A stretch of 47,556 nucleotides of DNA from an uncultured Sphingomonadaceae bacterium. Lineage in GTDB: Bacteria > Pseudomonadota > Alphaproteobacteria > Sphingomonadales > Sphingomonadaceae. The translations under genes were made by a program, and so were the position numbers. Where the stretch lies: assembly GCA_964250105.1 (NCBI GenBank), contig CAXUEV010000001.1:1-47556 (forward strand), written 5' to 3'. Below, piece by piece: positions 19,904 to 28,462 of this stretch. Under the pieces are notes generated by a model. That model worked only from the letters and a program-made list of their open reading frames with translations. It made no database searches and had not been told where the DNA came from. Each line of letters starts with the position of its first letter. Within the stretch, counting starts at the first letter, position 1.

Positions 19904-20137
19904 GCATGCGCTGTTTGGGGCCTGCCGCTGCACGGAATGGGAGCTGTTCGGTCCCAAACTGCTTTCCAGACGCAATAAGGCCGTCCAGCAGTGATGCCAC
20001 GCCAGGTTTGCGCAACCGGCCGCCGGTTGGTAGATCGATATTAACAGGGGACCATTTTGCCGGATCGGCTCGCAGGTGCGCTGGTCGCATCATCATGTAC
20101 GTCGGGTGCTCGCTGGATGCGGGGACGCTGACCGGCA

Positions 20138-21043
20138 GTGCGCGACGAGGTCGAGTTCTGGGATCCCAACGAGTGGGAGGCGCACGTCCTCAGGCTGCTC
20201 CATGACCAATACGGCGCGCACAACGTGCAGAAGGTCCCGGCCAAGCACAAGGGAGACTGCGGTCTCGATTACTTCTGCCTGGACAAGCTGGTTGTCTACC
20301 AATGCTACGCGGTCCAGGAACCCGTCGATGTCGCAAGCCGCGCCGCCAAGCAGAAGGCTAAGGTGACGACCGACATTGGCAAGTTCTGCGACGTGACGAA
20401 AGGGGCGGCCGCACTGTTCGCGGGCTACAAGATCAAGCGCTGGATACTCGCAGTTCCCCTGCACGACAGCAAGGACGTCGTCGCCCATGCGATGGGCAAG
20501 ACCGCCAAAGTGATCGCGAAGGGGCTGCCCTACATCGATCCAAACTTTCAAATATTGGTTCACGATCGCGAAGACTTCGATGAGGGCTCTTGGAGGCTGC
20601 GCGCTCAACTAAGGAAGCGCATCCGCCCTATAGTTGCCCAGCCAACGCCGGAAGAGGTCACGACCATGATCGGCGGCGAGGCCAGCCTCGCCGACAACCT
20701 CAGGACGAAGCTCGGCGCCCGGTTCGAACAGGCTGGCGCGCTCGAGGACGCGGTCGACGGCGCGCTCTCGACCTTCGTGCAGTCCGAAAACGCAAAAGAG
20801 CGGCTGCGAACGATGGCCCCGGACGCCTACGAGCTGGTCGTCTCGCTGATCGCGCAGCGGCTGCGGCGGATCAGGACGGGCTCGAAAGGCACGAGCGGGG
20901 TCGACCGCCTAGACGCAGAGATCGACGCCCTGAGGAACAGCATGGTGCAGGCCCTTCCAAACCTCGACGCATCGTCGGCCGAACTGATCGCGTTCGGCGC
21001 GGTGAGCGAATGGCTGATGCGCTGCCCACTGAGACTCGACTGA
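20138..21043 (+). CDS. lmuA: Lamassu/ABC-3C effector: PD-(D/E)xK-like nuclease plus C-terminal domain
   Basis: WE...KGDCGLDYF...VYQCY restriction-endonuclease-like core and C-terminal WLMRCPL tail. First gene of a tightly coupled trio. Confidence 0.72.
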   Translation: MRDEVEFWDPNEWEAHVLRLLHDQYGAHNVQKVPAKHKGDCGLDYFCLDKLVVYQCYAVQEPVDVASRAAKQKAKVTTDIGKFCDVTKGAAALFAGYKIKRWILAVPLHDSKDVVAHAMGKTAKVIAKGLPYIDPNFQILVHDREDFDEGSWRLRAQLRKRIRPIVAQPTPEEVTTMIGGEASLADNLRTKLGARFEQAGALEDAVDGALSTFVQSENAKERLRTMAPDAYELVVSLIAQRLRRIRTGSKGTSGVDRLDAEIDALRNSMVQALPNLDASSAELIAFGAVSEWLMRCPLRLD

Positions 21044-21044
21044 C

Positions 21045-21524
21045 GTGAACGCGCTCGACCAACTCCGATCGGCCTACAGCGGTGACTTCTCGGTGACACC
21101 GCGGCCGGAGCCTATCCCTGGCGACCTACGGGTGGGCTGGGGACAGTCGCTGCTGCTGCTCGTCCTGTCCTCGTCGCGCGGGCAGCGCTGCACGGTCCAG
21201 AAGGTGCACTTCCTGGCCCACCTCAGTCGAACCGCCGAGCTCCGGACGCAAACTCGGCAGGTTCTTGCACGGCGGCTGAGGCCGGCAGACCTCGCCGTTC
21301 GCATCGAGCCCTGGGTCAACCGGGCCGCAGCCTACGCCGCTGCGAAAGGGCTCGTGGCCGTGCGGGACGGCAGGGCGCTCGCCCTCACCGATCAAGGCAA
21401 GGAGGCAGTGAAGGAGATCCGGGCCGCGAATATCCTCGCAGACGAGACTGCCTTCCTAGACGAGGTCGGGAAACTCGCGACCGAGCAGGTGGTAGAGAAG
21501 ATCATGAAGATGGAGCCGCTCTGA
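21045..21524 (+). CDS. lmuC: Lamassu/ABC-3C middle component (small, winged-helix-like)
   Basis: 159 aa between the effector and the ATPase; VRIEPWVNRA...AKGLV...LTDQG. TGATG overlap with the next gene. Confidence 0.65.
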   Translation: MNALDQLRSAYSGDFSVTPRPEPIPGDLRVGWGQSLLLLVLSSSRGQRCTVQKVHFLAHLSRTAELRTQTRQVLARRLRPADLAVRIEPWVNRAAAYAAAKGLVAVRDGRALALTDQGKEAVKEIRAANILADETAFLDEVGKLATEQVVEKIMKMEPL

Positions 21525-23551
21525 TGCTCCGCATCAATCACATACGCCTGCGGGCGCAGACCACCGGTGGCCTCTACGGCGCGGACGTGAGCCTCGCCGG
21601 TGGCCTTACCGTGCTCCACGCGCCGAACACCTCGGGCAAGTCGACGCTCCTCCACGCCGTCATCTACGCTCTGGGGCTCGAGCAGATGCTCAGCCCTCGA
21701 CGCGAGATCCCGCTGTCGTATGCCATGCGCGAATACGTCGAGGACCCGGCGACCGGTGTGACGCACAGGATCCTCGAGTCTCACGTTGCGGTTCAGATCG
21801 AGAACGCGTCCGGCGAGCGGATCACCGTGCGCCGAAACGTCGTAGCGGACACAAACCGAAAGCTCGTGAGCGTGGTCGAGGGTCCGGAGCTGACAAACGG
21901 CGGCGAAGACCTGCGTCAGCGCGACTACTTTGTGACCGATCCCGGCTCGGCACAGCGAGACGCGGGTTTTCATCACCGGCTCGCGCAGTTCCTCGGGTGG
22001 CAGCTGCCGCAGGTGAAGCGCTACGATGGTTCGGACTGCCCACTATACATTGAGACTCTATTCCCGCTCTTCTTCGTCGAGCAGAAGGTGGGCTGGACCG
22101 CCATCCCAGGGGCGATCCCTACCCAGTTCCGGATCAGGGAGGTGCATCGCCGTAGCGTCGAGTTCCTGATGGACTTCGAGACTCATGACGTGGAGCTTAA
22201 GCGGCAGAACCTGGAACTCGGGATGAACGCCGCCCGCCTTGAGTGGTCGAAGTCCCTCGATGCGATCACGGCTCGTGCCTCGGCTTCGGGGCTCAGAGCA
22301 TCCCGGCTGCCGGCCGGCCCCACAGCCCTAGACGACGTGACCGGAGCATTTCTGGAGTCGGTCGAAAAAGGCATCTGGCGGCCGGTCGGCACGCATGTCC
22401 ACGAGCTTGCGCAGGAACTCGCGAGACTGGAGACCGAGACCATCCCACAGGTGGCCAGCATCGTCGGCGATGCCGCGACCGAGGCCGAGATGCTCGGCGA
22501 GAAGATCGCCGCGCTCAACAGCGAGCGGACTGACATCTTCAGGGCTCGCCAGACCGAGCTCGTCCAGCAGGCCTCCACCGTGCAGCGGATCGCGCAGCTC
22601 GAGGAGGACCTCCAGAAGAACAGGGATGCGCTCAAGCTCCAGAAGTTCGGCTCCACCATCGCGCGGGGGCTCGATCCGAACCACTGCCCGACGTGCGAGC
22701 AGCCGATCGACGACTCGCTTCTGCCGCAGGGTACGCTCGAGGCGGTGATGTCGATCGAGGAGAATATCGAATACCTTGCCGCGCAGCGGAATGCCTTCAA
22801 GCGCCTCGTGGATCGGTCGGCCGCGATCATCCGAGAACTCGACCTAGAACTGGTTTCGACAGGTGAGGACGTGCGCCGTAAGTCGGCGCGCCTAAGGGCG
22901 CTGAAGTCCGACATGATCGCGCCCTCTCACGCCGCATCTGCCGCGGCCATTGAGGAGCGGCTGAGGCTGGAGCAGCGGGTGAACCAGCTGGGCGAGGCGC
23001 AGGCCCGGTTCGACGAGCAGATTGTCAATTTGGGTGAGCAGGCCGCGAGATGGCGCGACCTCCTGGCGGAGAAGGCGCAACTCCCGGACGCGAGGTTGAG
23101 TGACGGAGACTTAACGAAGCTGCGACGCCTCGAGACGTCGATCCGCGAGCAACTCGTCCGCTACGCCTTCACTTCGTTCCCGCCCAAGGACCTCACGGTG
23201 TCCGACGACAGCTATCGGCCGGAAAAGGAAGGCTTCGAAATCGGCTTCGAAATGTCGGCCAGCGACAACATCAGACTGAAATGGGCCTATCAACTCGGCC
23301 TGCTGGACGTCGCCCGCACGCTCGCCACGAACCATCCGCGCCTGGTCATCTTCGACGAGCCCCGGCAGCAGGAAGCGGCGGAGACGAGCGTCGCCGGCCT
23401 GCTCGCGGAGGCCGGGCGCATTGCCGAGGGCGGTGGGCAGATACTGATCGCCACGAGCGAGGACCTGAGCAAAGTCAGGGGCTTCGTCGACGGCATGGAA
23501 TGTCAGCTGGTTGTTTTCGCCCATCGGATCATTGATCGGTTAGCAACGTAG
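21524..23551 (+). CDS. lmuB: Lamassu SMC/Rad50-like ABC ATPase
   Basis: Walker A APNTSGKST, Q-loop FVEQ, coiled coils flanking a CPTC zinc hook, signature SASD, Walker B LVIFDEP. Confidence 0.8.
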   Translation: MLRINHIRLRAQTTGGLYGADVSLAGGLTVLHAPNTSGKSTLLHAVIYALGLEQMLSPRREIPLSYAMREYVEDPATGVTHRILESHVAVQIENASGERITVRRNVVADTNRKLVSVVEGPELTNGGEDLRQRDYFVTDPGSAQRDAGFHHRLAQFLGWQLPQVKRYDGSDCPLYIETLFPLFFVEQKVGWTAIPGAIPTQFRIREVHRRSVEFLMDFETHDVELKRQNLELGMNAARLEWSKSLDAITARASASGLRASRLPAGPTALDDVTGAFLESVEKGIWRPVGTHVHELAQELARLETETIPQVASIVGDAATEAEMLGEKIAALNSERTDIFRARQTELVQQASTVQRIAQLEEDLQKNRDALKLQKFGSTIARGLDPNHCPTCEQPIDDSLLPQGTLEAVMSIEENIEYLAAQRNAFKRLVDRSAAIIRELDLELVSTGEDVRRKSARLRALKSDMIAPSHAASAAAIEERLRLEQRVNQLGEAQARFDEQIVNLGEQAARWRDLLAEKAQLPDARLSDGDLTKLRRLETSIREQLVRYAFTSFPPKDLTVSDDSYRPEKEGFEIGFEMSASDNIRLKWAYQLGLLDVARTLATNHPRLVIFDEPRQQEAAETSVAGLLAEAGRIAEGGGQILIATSEDLSKVRGFVDGMECQLVVFAHRIIDRLAT

Positions 23552-23752
23552 GCACGGCTGTTGATCTGGCGGGGCTGTTGCATGCTCGACACGGACCGAT
23601 GCTCGCGCAATGCCTTGATGAGCCGAGAAGTGGGCGCTGATTGAGGAATAATTATACTTCGATCCGACGCTGACACACGAGGCAAGGATCTACAACCGCC
23701 GTTGCGTACCAGGCTTGCGATGTGCTGGACAGATAGTGGTAGACCAGGATTT

Positions 23753-24373
23753 TCACGGATCAGCTGGGACCAGCTCAACCGATAAATCATCGAGAACGTG
23801 CTCAAGCTCTGGCACCGCAAGCAACTTGCGAAGGCGGTGTGCCTTCAGCTTTGGTATGGTGCGATCATAGATCGCGAGGTTGGTCTGACCGTTCAGGCGT
23901 GACGGATAGATGATGCCGTCGGGTGCGTCCGGGTGTTCATGGAAGGCCGCCGACCACAGCCGCGCCAGGCTTTGCTTGGACGCTCGCGGCACATCGGTGG
24001 GCACGCCCATCCGGATTGCGCACTCTTCGCGTAAGTCAACAAGGCGGAGCTGGTTTGCGACCTCGATATCCGCAAAGTGGAACTTCGCGAACTCGGCCTC
24101 GCCTATCGGCAGACTCCCGACGATTCCGTCGCGCTGATCACGAAGGATTGCTTCGAGGAAGCAGACCTTGAGAGACTCGCCAAGATACAGCACGCCAAAA
24201 CGGTTGCCCGGAACACGCCGACGCGGGTCGCTGAAACGGCTTGGCGACTTTCCGTAACCAAGCGGGTCGGGATGGTGCCCAAGATACACGCGTCCGAAAC
24301 TCTGGCCAGACCCCACGGTGTGGATCTCAAGCGACGATCTGGAGAACGCAGCCGGCGGTGGTGCGCCCGCCAC
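23753..24373 (-). CDS. RES-domain toxin (NAD+-consuming family)
   Basis: SRFSDP...VLYLG...FLEAILRD...DGIIYPSR (R, E, S residues). Abuts the upstream antitoxin gene. Confidence 0.85.
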   Translation of the reverse strand: MAGAPPPAAFSRSSLEIHTVGSGQSFGRVYLGHHPDPLGYGKSPSRFSDPRRRVPGNRFGVLYLGESLKVCFLEAILRDQRDGIVGSLPIGEAEFAKFHFADIEVANQLRLVDLREECAIRMGVPTDVPRASKQSLARLWSAAFHEHPDAPDGIIYPSRLNGQTNLAIYDRTIPKLKAHRLRKLLAVPELEHVLDDLSVELVPADP

Positions 24374-25141
24374 CTAGCTAAAGTCCCCTCGCGCGACGCT
24401 TTCGGCGGCTTCGAGCGCCTCCTGACCTCGTCCGCGCTCCAGCGCTTTTCGGCCTGTCAGGCCGTCGAGCTCGCCTTGCGGCTGGACTAAGAAGCGATAG
24501 AGCGCCCACGGGCCGCCGAGCTGTTCCTGCAGCCTCTGGAGCTCGGGGTACGGCTTGCCTTCTGCGCCCAGTTGCCACTTGGGAAAGCGGAAGCCGCGCT
24601 TCGCTCCGTCCAGGCCGAGCAGCTGCCCGTTTTGCCGCTTCGTGTTAACGGTCATACGCGTCGTCCCGAGCAGCTTGGCGAGCGCATCGGCACTTAGCAT
24701 GTCGTCGCCGCTCAGAACCTCTGCGGCTCGCAGGCGACCGCGCTCGCGCGCTGCCTCCATGGCGCGTTGCAAACCTGGGCTGATCTCACCCATCTCCTCG
24801 ACCGGATGGGCTGTAACGTCCGCCGTTGCCTCTTCAACCGGCGTGACGGTTGCCCCTCCCGATGGATCGACATCAACGCGGAAGCTAACTGGTTTTCCTG
24901 CTTCTCGACTCTGCACGAGCGCTCGCCCAAATTGTTCGAGCAAAGGCTTCAGCTTGGCGGGCTTGCCGGCCAGCGCAGCGGCAGCGTTGCTGGGCGCACG
25001 GACGTTAAACCCCGACATGCCTTTCGGAACGACGGTGCCCGCATCTACTATCAACGCCGTTGTAAGCGTCGACTGGGCAGCTCGTCCGGCTCTGGATCGC
25101 GCCGGGCGCTGATTTCCGGATTTTCCCTTCGCATTCGCCAT
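24374..25141 (-). CDS. Cognate antitoxin (HTH plus Xre/MbcA/ParS-like C-terminal domain)
   Basis: MLSADALAKLLGTTRMTV HTH, FRFPKWQ, and FLVQPQGELDGLTGRKAL tail. Directly upstream of the RES gene. Confidence 0.72.
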   Translation of the reverse strand: MANAKGKSGNQRPARSRAGRAAQSTLTTALIVDAGTVVPKGMSGFNVRAPSNAAAALAGKPAKLKPLLEQFGRALVQSREAGKPVSFRVDVDPSGGATVTPVEEATADVTAHPVEEMGEISPGLQRAMEAARERGRLRAAEVLSGDDMLSADALAKLLGTTRMTVNTKRQNGQLLGLDGAKRGFRFPKWQLGAEGKPYPELQRLQEQLGGPWALYRFLVQPQGELDGLTGRKALERGRGQEALEAAESVARGDFS

Positions 25142-25398
25142 GCCATGATCTCCTGACCACAAATCTGGCGATTGAGGGATGGTTCGTCAAGTTGGTAAAG
25201 GTCGCTTATCTTCGTACGGCATCGTAGCCGACGCGCGACTTAGCCATTCCGACGCGGTGACCCCGAACAGCTTTCCGTCTCGGATAAGGCCCAAGAACTC
25301 TTCCCGGAGCCGTTCAAGCATCCCGAGATACGCCTTCCCCACCTCGAACTGCTCGAGTGCGGCCAGCAGCGGGATTTCTCTGACCAGATCCTCTAGCT

Positions 25399-25868
25399 CT
25401 AAAACTGCCAAGCTTCGGGATAGGCACCCCTCCGCAGGATGGTTGCGTCCTGCACGAAAGCGCCCGCCGCGACGAGGCCGAGGATCTTTTGAACGTGCAT
25501 CTGCTGAAGCGTAGCTGGACCGCGGGTTAAGTTCACGATGGCTCGGACCAGCCGCAGGTTGGGCAGCGAGTAGCCAGACCCGTTGCTAAGCCTATCGAGG
25601 CTTATCCGGCCGGGTCGATAGCGCAGACCTGCTACGACGCCGTCGTCGAAGGGGAGTGCCGTCTCTTCACACCGGCCACCTGCCCTGGCGACGAGTAAAG
25701 CGAAATCGGCATCCGCCAAATCAAAGGGATACCGTCGCGCTCCGCGCGGCGGCGCGCGGAACGATAAAGGACCAGCTCCGAGGCTGTCGGGTCGCGCGGT
25801 GCAGACTGTGCAGCACGACGGGTGCGCCGGTGAAGCGATTTGACAAGTCGAGGAGCTACTGGCGCCAT
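25399..25868 (-). pseudogene. Frameshifted phage-type HNH-like endonuclease gene
   Basis: Two frames join at a T3 run near 25723-25725 to give SARRRAERDGIP/FDLADADFALL...GGRCEETALPF...SLDRLSNGSGYSLPNLRLV...VN, resembling the SxDRIDxxxGYxxxNxRLV motif. Confidence 0.5.
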
Positions 25869-26192
25869 CCTGCGGACCCTTCAAGGAAATGGGGCGCGGA
25901 CGTGATCCGCGCCCCTGCCGCTCAAGCCCGCCGGATAGGAGCCGAAGACGACCCCTTGTTGATCTCGATGGAGCGGTCGCAGTCGCCCTCGGCGACATAG
26001 CCTTCGCTGGACATCGAAATGATGCGACCGTTCGAGGCCACCAAGCGCCAGCGCCACCCGTCAGTCCGATACTTCTCGTAGTACATGTTTAGTCCTCATC
26101 GTTCACGCGGCTTGACCAAGCACGACGCGCGACGCACATAAGGCTTTCGACCACCCACGCGCCGGCGGCCCCCAAAGCCGCGGCTGGGAACC

Positions 26193-26231
26193 AACGGGCT
26201 CGGCGCGCTAACGCCGGGCCCGTTTTCGTTT
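26193..26231 (+). terminator. Intrinsic terminator-like hairpin
   Basis: AACGGGCTCGGCG-loop-CGCCGGGCCCGTT (13 bp, one G-U pair) followed by TTCGTTT. Confidence 0.6.
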
Positions 26232-26338
26232 GCGCAATATGCCGTCACCTCCAGGTTGGCGCAAGCGTCTTTTTCGTATGAGAGGCGCTCATATAGAAAT
26301 TACCTTGTGGCTTGTTCGTTTCTGCGTATGCTGCGGCT

Positions 26339-26896
26339 ATGGTCACGCTCTCGAATATTGCACTGATTGCGACCGGGGTCGCTCCGGAGAAGCTGGCGGT
26401 CGACCCTGTGCGGTTCGTGCAGATCCGTGATCTCACTGACCCCCGGCGTAACCTTACCATTGGAGACCGGCCGCGCGTAGCCCGGGCCACGCCCGTTCAG
26501 CCAGGTGACATTCTGGTCGCGGCGCGTGGCGAACGGACGCTCGCGGTAGAGGCTGAAGGAGAGCTGATCGGAGCGTATGCCACGCTAGACGTGTACCTCA
26601 TTCGTCCCGATCGAGCGCGCCTCGACCAGACGTTCCTGCTCGCCTTCCTGCTATTGCCCCAGACCGGACCGAAACTGCGCGCCTCGACGGCGGGTGCCTC
26701 CCTGCCGCGCATAGCGCGTGACGATCTGGCCTGCCTCCATTTGCCCGACCTGCCGCTCGAGCGGCAGCGTTCGATCGGCCAGCTCGCCCGAGCACATCGA
26801 AGCTACCGCGCGCTGCTGATGCAACTGGCCGATCGGCACGCCACCGCAGCGGATCTGCAAGTCCTCGAAGCGCTCAGCGCCTCAAATGAAAGCTGA
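26339..26896 (+). CDS. Half-size Type I specificity subunit (single TRD plus one conserved helix)
   Basis: VQPGDILVAARG TRD motif and LPDLPLERQRSIG conserved-region motif; about 185 aa; immediately upstream of hsdM. Confidence 0.72.
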   Translation: MVTLSNIALIATGVAPEKLAVDPVRFVQIRDLTDPRRNLTIGDRPRVARATPVQPGDILVAARGERTLAVEAEGELIGAYATLDVYLIRPDRARLDQTFLLAFLLLPQTGPKLRASTAGASLPRIARDDLACLHLPDLPLERQRSIGQLARAHRSYRALLMQLADRHATAADLQVLEALSASNES

Positions 26897-26902
26897 GAAC
26901 AT

Positions 26903-28462
26903 ATGCCTACCATCGACGACATTAAGAACGCTGTCTGGTCAGCTTGCGATACCTTTCGCGGAACGATCGACGCCACGCAGTACAAGGATTATATCCTCGC
27001 TCTCCTCTTTCTGAAATACATCAGTGATATCTGGAAGAAGCACTACGACGAATTCGCCGAAGAATATCGGGACGATCCTGCGGACGTCCGCGATCTCAGG
27101 ATCCGTCGGAAATTGGAGCGCGAGCGCTTCAAGCTGAAGGAAGTTGAGGTCCGTAACGTCAAAGGCGAAGTCACAGATCGCTTTATAAGCTCCTTTGCCA
27201 GCCTCTTCGACCGACGTGCAAATGACAATATCGGTGAGCTGATCAACATCGCCTTAGATGGCATCGAGCAGGCGAACGATCCCAAACTGAAGGGGGTCTT
27301 CCGCAATATTGATTTCAACTCCGAGGCGAACCTCGGCCAGACGAAAGACCGCAACCGGCGGCTCGAGTCGTTGCTCAAGGATTTTGGCAAGCCGGCCTTG
27401 GACCTGCGCGACGTCAAAGAAGACATCATCGGTGAGGCCTACATCTACCTGATTGAACGCTTCCACTCGGATGCCGGGAAGAAGGCTGGGGAGTTCTTCA
27501 CGCCCCGCCGCGTCTCCGAATTGGTGGCGAAGTTAGCCGCGCCGAAAGAAGGAGCTCGGATTTGCGATCCTGCCTGCGGCTCTGGCGCCCTACTGCTGCG
27601 CGCCGGCGAAGAGGTCGGGAGCAAGAACTTCCGTCTTTATGGTCAAGAGTCCAACGGCCAGACGCGCGCGCTCGCCCGCATGAACATGTTTCTGCATGGC
27701 CAGGACAGTGCCCGGATCGAGTGGGGGGACACGCTCAACAACCCGCTCCTGCTCGAGGGGGACCACCTGATGAGGTTCGACATCGTCGTTGCTAACCCGC
27801 CCTTCAGCCTAGACAAGTGGGTCGGTGACGGCGTCACCTCTGATGCACATCGGCGGTTCACGCGTGGTCTGCCGCCACAGACCAAAGCCGACTACGCTTT
27901 CATCCTGCATATGGTGTCCGTCGCCAGGCCCGGAGAAGGCCGCGTCGCGGTCGTCGCCCCCCACGGGGTTCTCTTCCGCGGCGGAGCGGAAGGACGGATC
28001 CGCGAAAGCCTCGTCCGCGACAACCTCCTCGATGCGGTCGTGGGCCTCCCACCGCAGCTATTTCCCACAACCGGCATCCCGGTCTGCATCCTCATCTTCG
28101 ATCGGTCACGCGAGGCAGGCGGAATGCGCGAGCACGAGAAGGATGTTCTGTTCATCGATGCCAGTCGCGGCTTTACGCCTGGCAAGAAACAGAACCAGCT
28201 TGACGATGACCATCTGGCCGCAATCCTGGACACGTATCGGAACAGAGCGGAGGTCCCCAAATACTCGCATAAGGCCTCTTTGAAGGAGATCGATAGCAAC
28301 GGGTTCAATCTGAATATCCCGCGCTATGTCGACACGTTCGAGCCCGAAGCGGAGATCGACCTCAAAACAATCCAGAGCCAGATCCGCGCAATCGAAGAGG
28401 AACTCGCAGCTACCCGCAAAGTGATCGATGCATGCCTTGCCGACCTCGGCGTGCAATCGTGA
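26903..28462 (+). CDS. hsdM: Type I R-M methyltransferase subunit
   Basis: GEFFTP, DPACGSG, ANPPF, PHGVLFRG and NLNIPRY motifs. Confidence 0.96.
   Translation: MPTIDDIKNAVWSACDTFRGTIDATQYKDYILALLFLKYISDIWKKHYDEFAEEYRDDPADVRDLRIRRKLERERFKLKEVEVRNVKGEVTDRFISSFASLFDRRANDNIGELINIALDGIEQANDPKLKGVFRNIDFNSEANLGQTKDRNRRLESLLKDFGKPALDLRDVKEDIIGEAYIYLIERFHSDAGKKAGEFFTPRRVSELVAKLAAPKEGARICDPACGSGALLLRAGEEVGSKNFRLYGQESNGQTRALARMNMFLHGQDSARIEWGDTLNNPLLLEGDHLMRFDIVVANPPFSLDKWVGDGVTSDAHRRFTRGLPPQTKADYAFILHMVSVARPGEGRVAVVAPHGVLFRGGAEGRIRESLVRDNLLDAVVGLPPQLFPTTGIPVCILIFDRSREAGGMREHEKDVLFIDASRGFTPGKKQNQLDDDHLAAILDTYRNRAEVPKYSHKASLKEIDSNGFNLNIPRYVDTFEPEAEIDLKTIQSQIRAIEEELAATRKVIDACLADLGVQS

Noticed and set aside
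19794-20205. ORFs 19794-20096 (-) and 19846-20205 (+) as extra Lamassu genes
   Set aside because: No recognisable motifs, atypical composition, and one overlaps lmuA.
21524-23551. SbcC/RecN repair ATPase or Wadjet JetC
   Set aside because: No SbcD or JetA/B/D partners; the size, three-gene layout and island context fit Lamassu/ABC-3C better.
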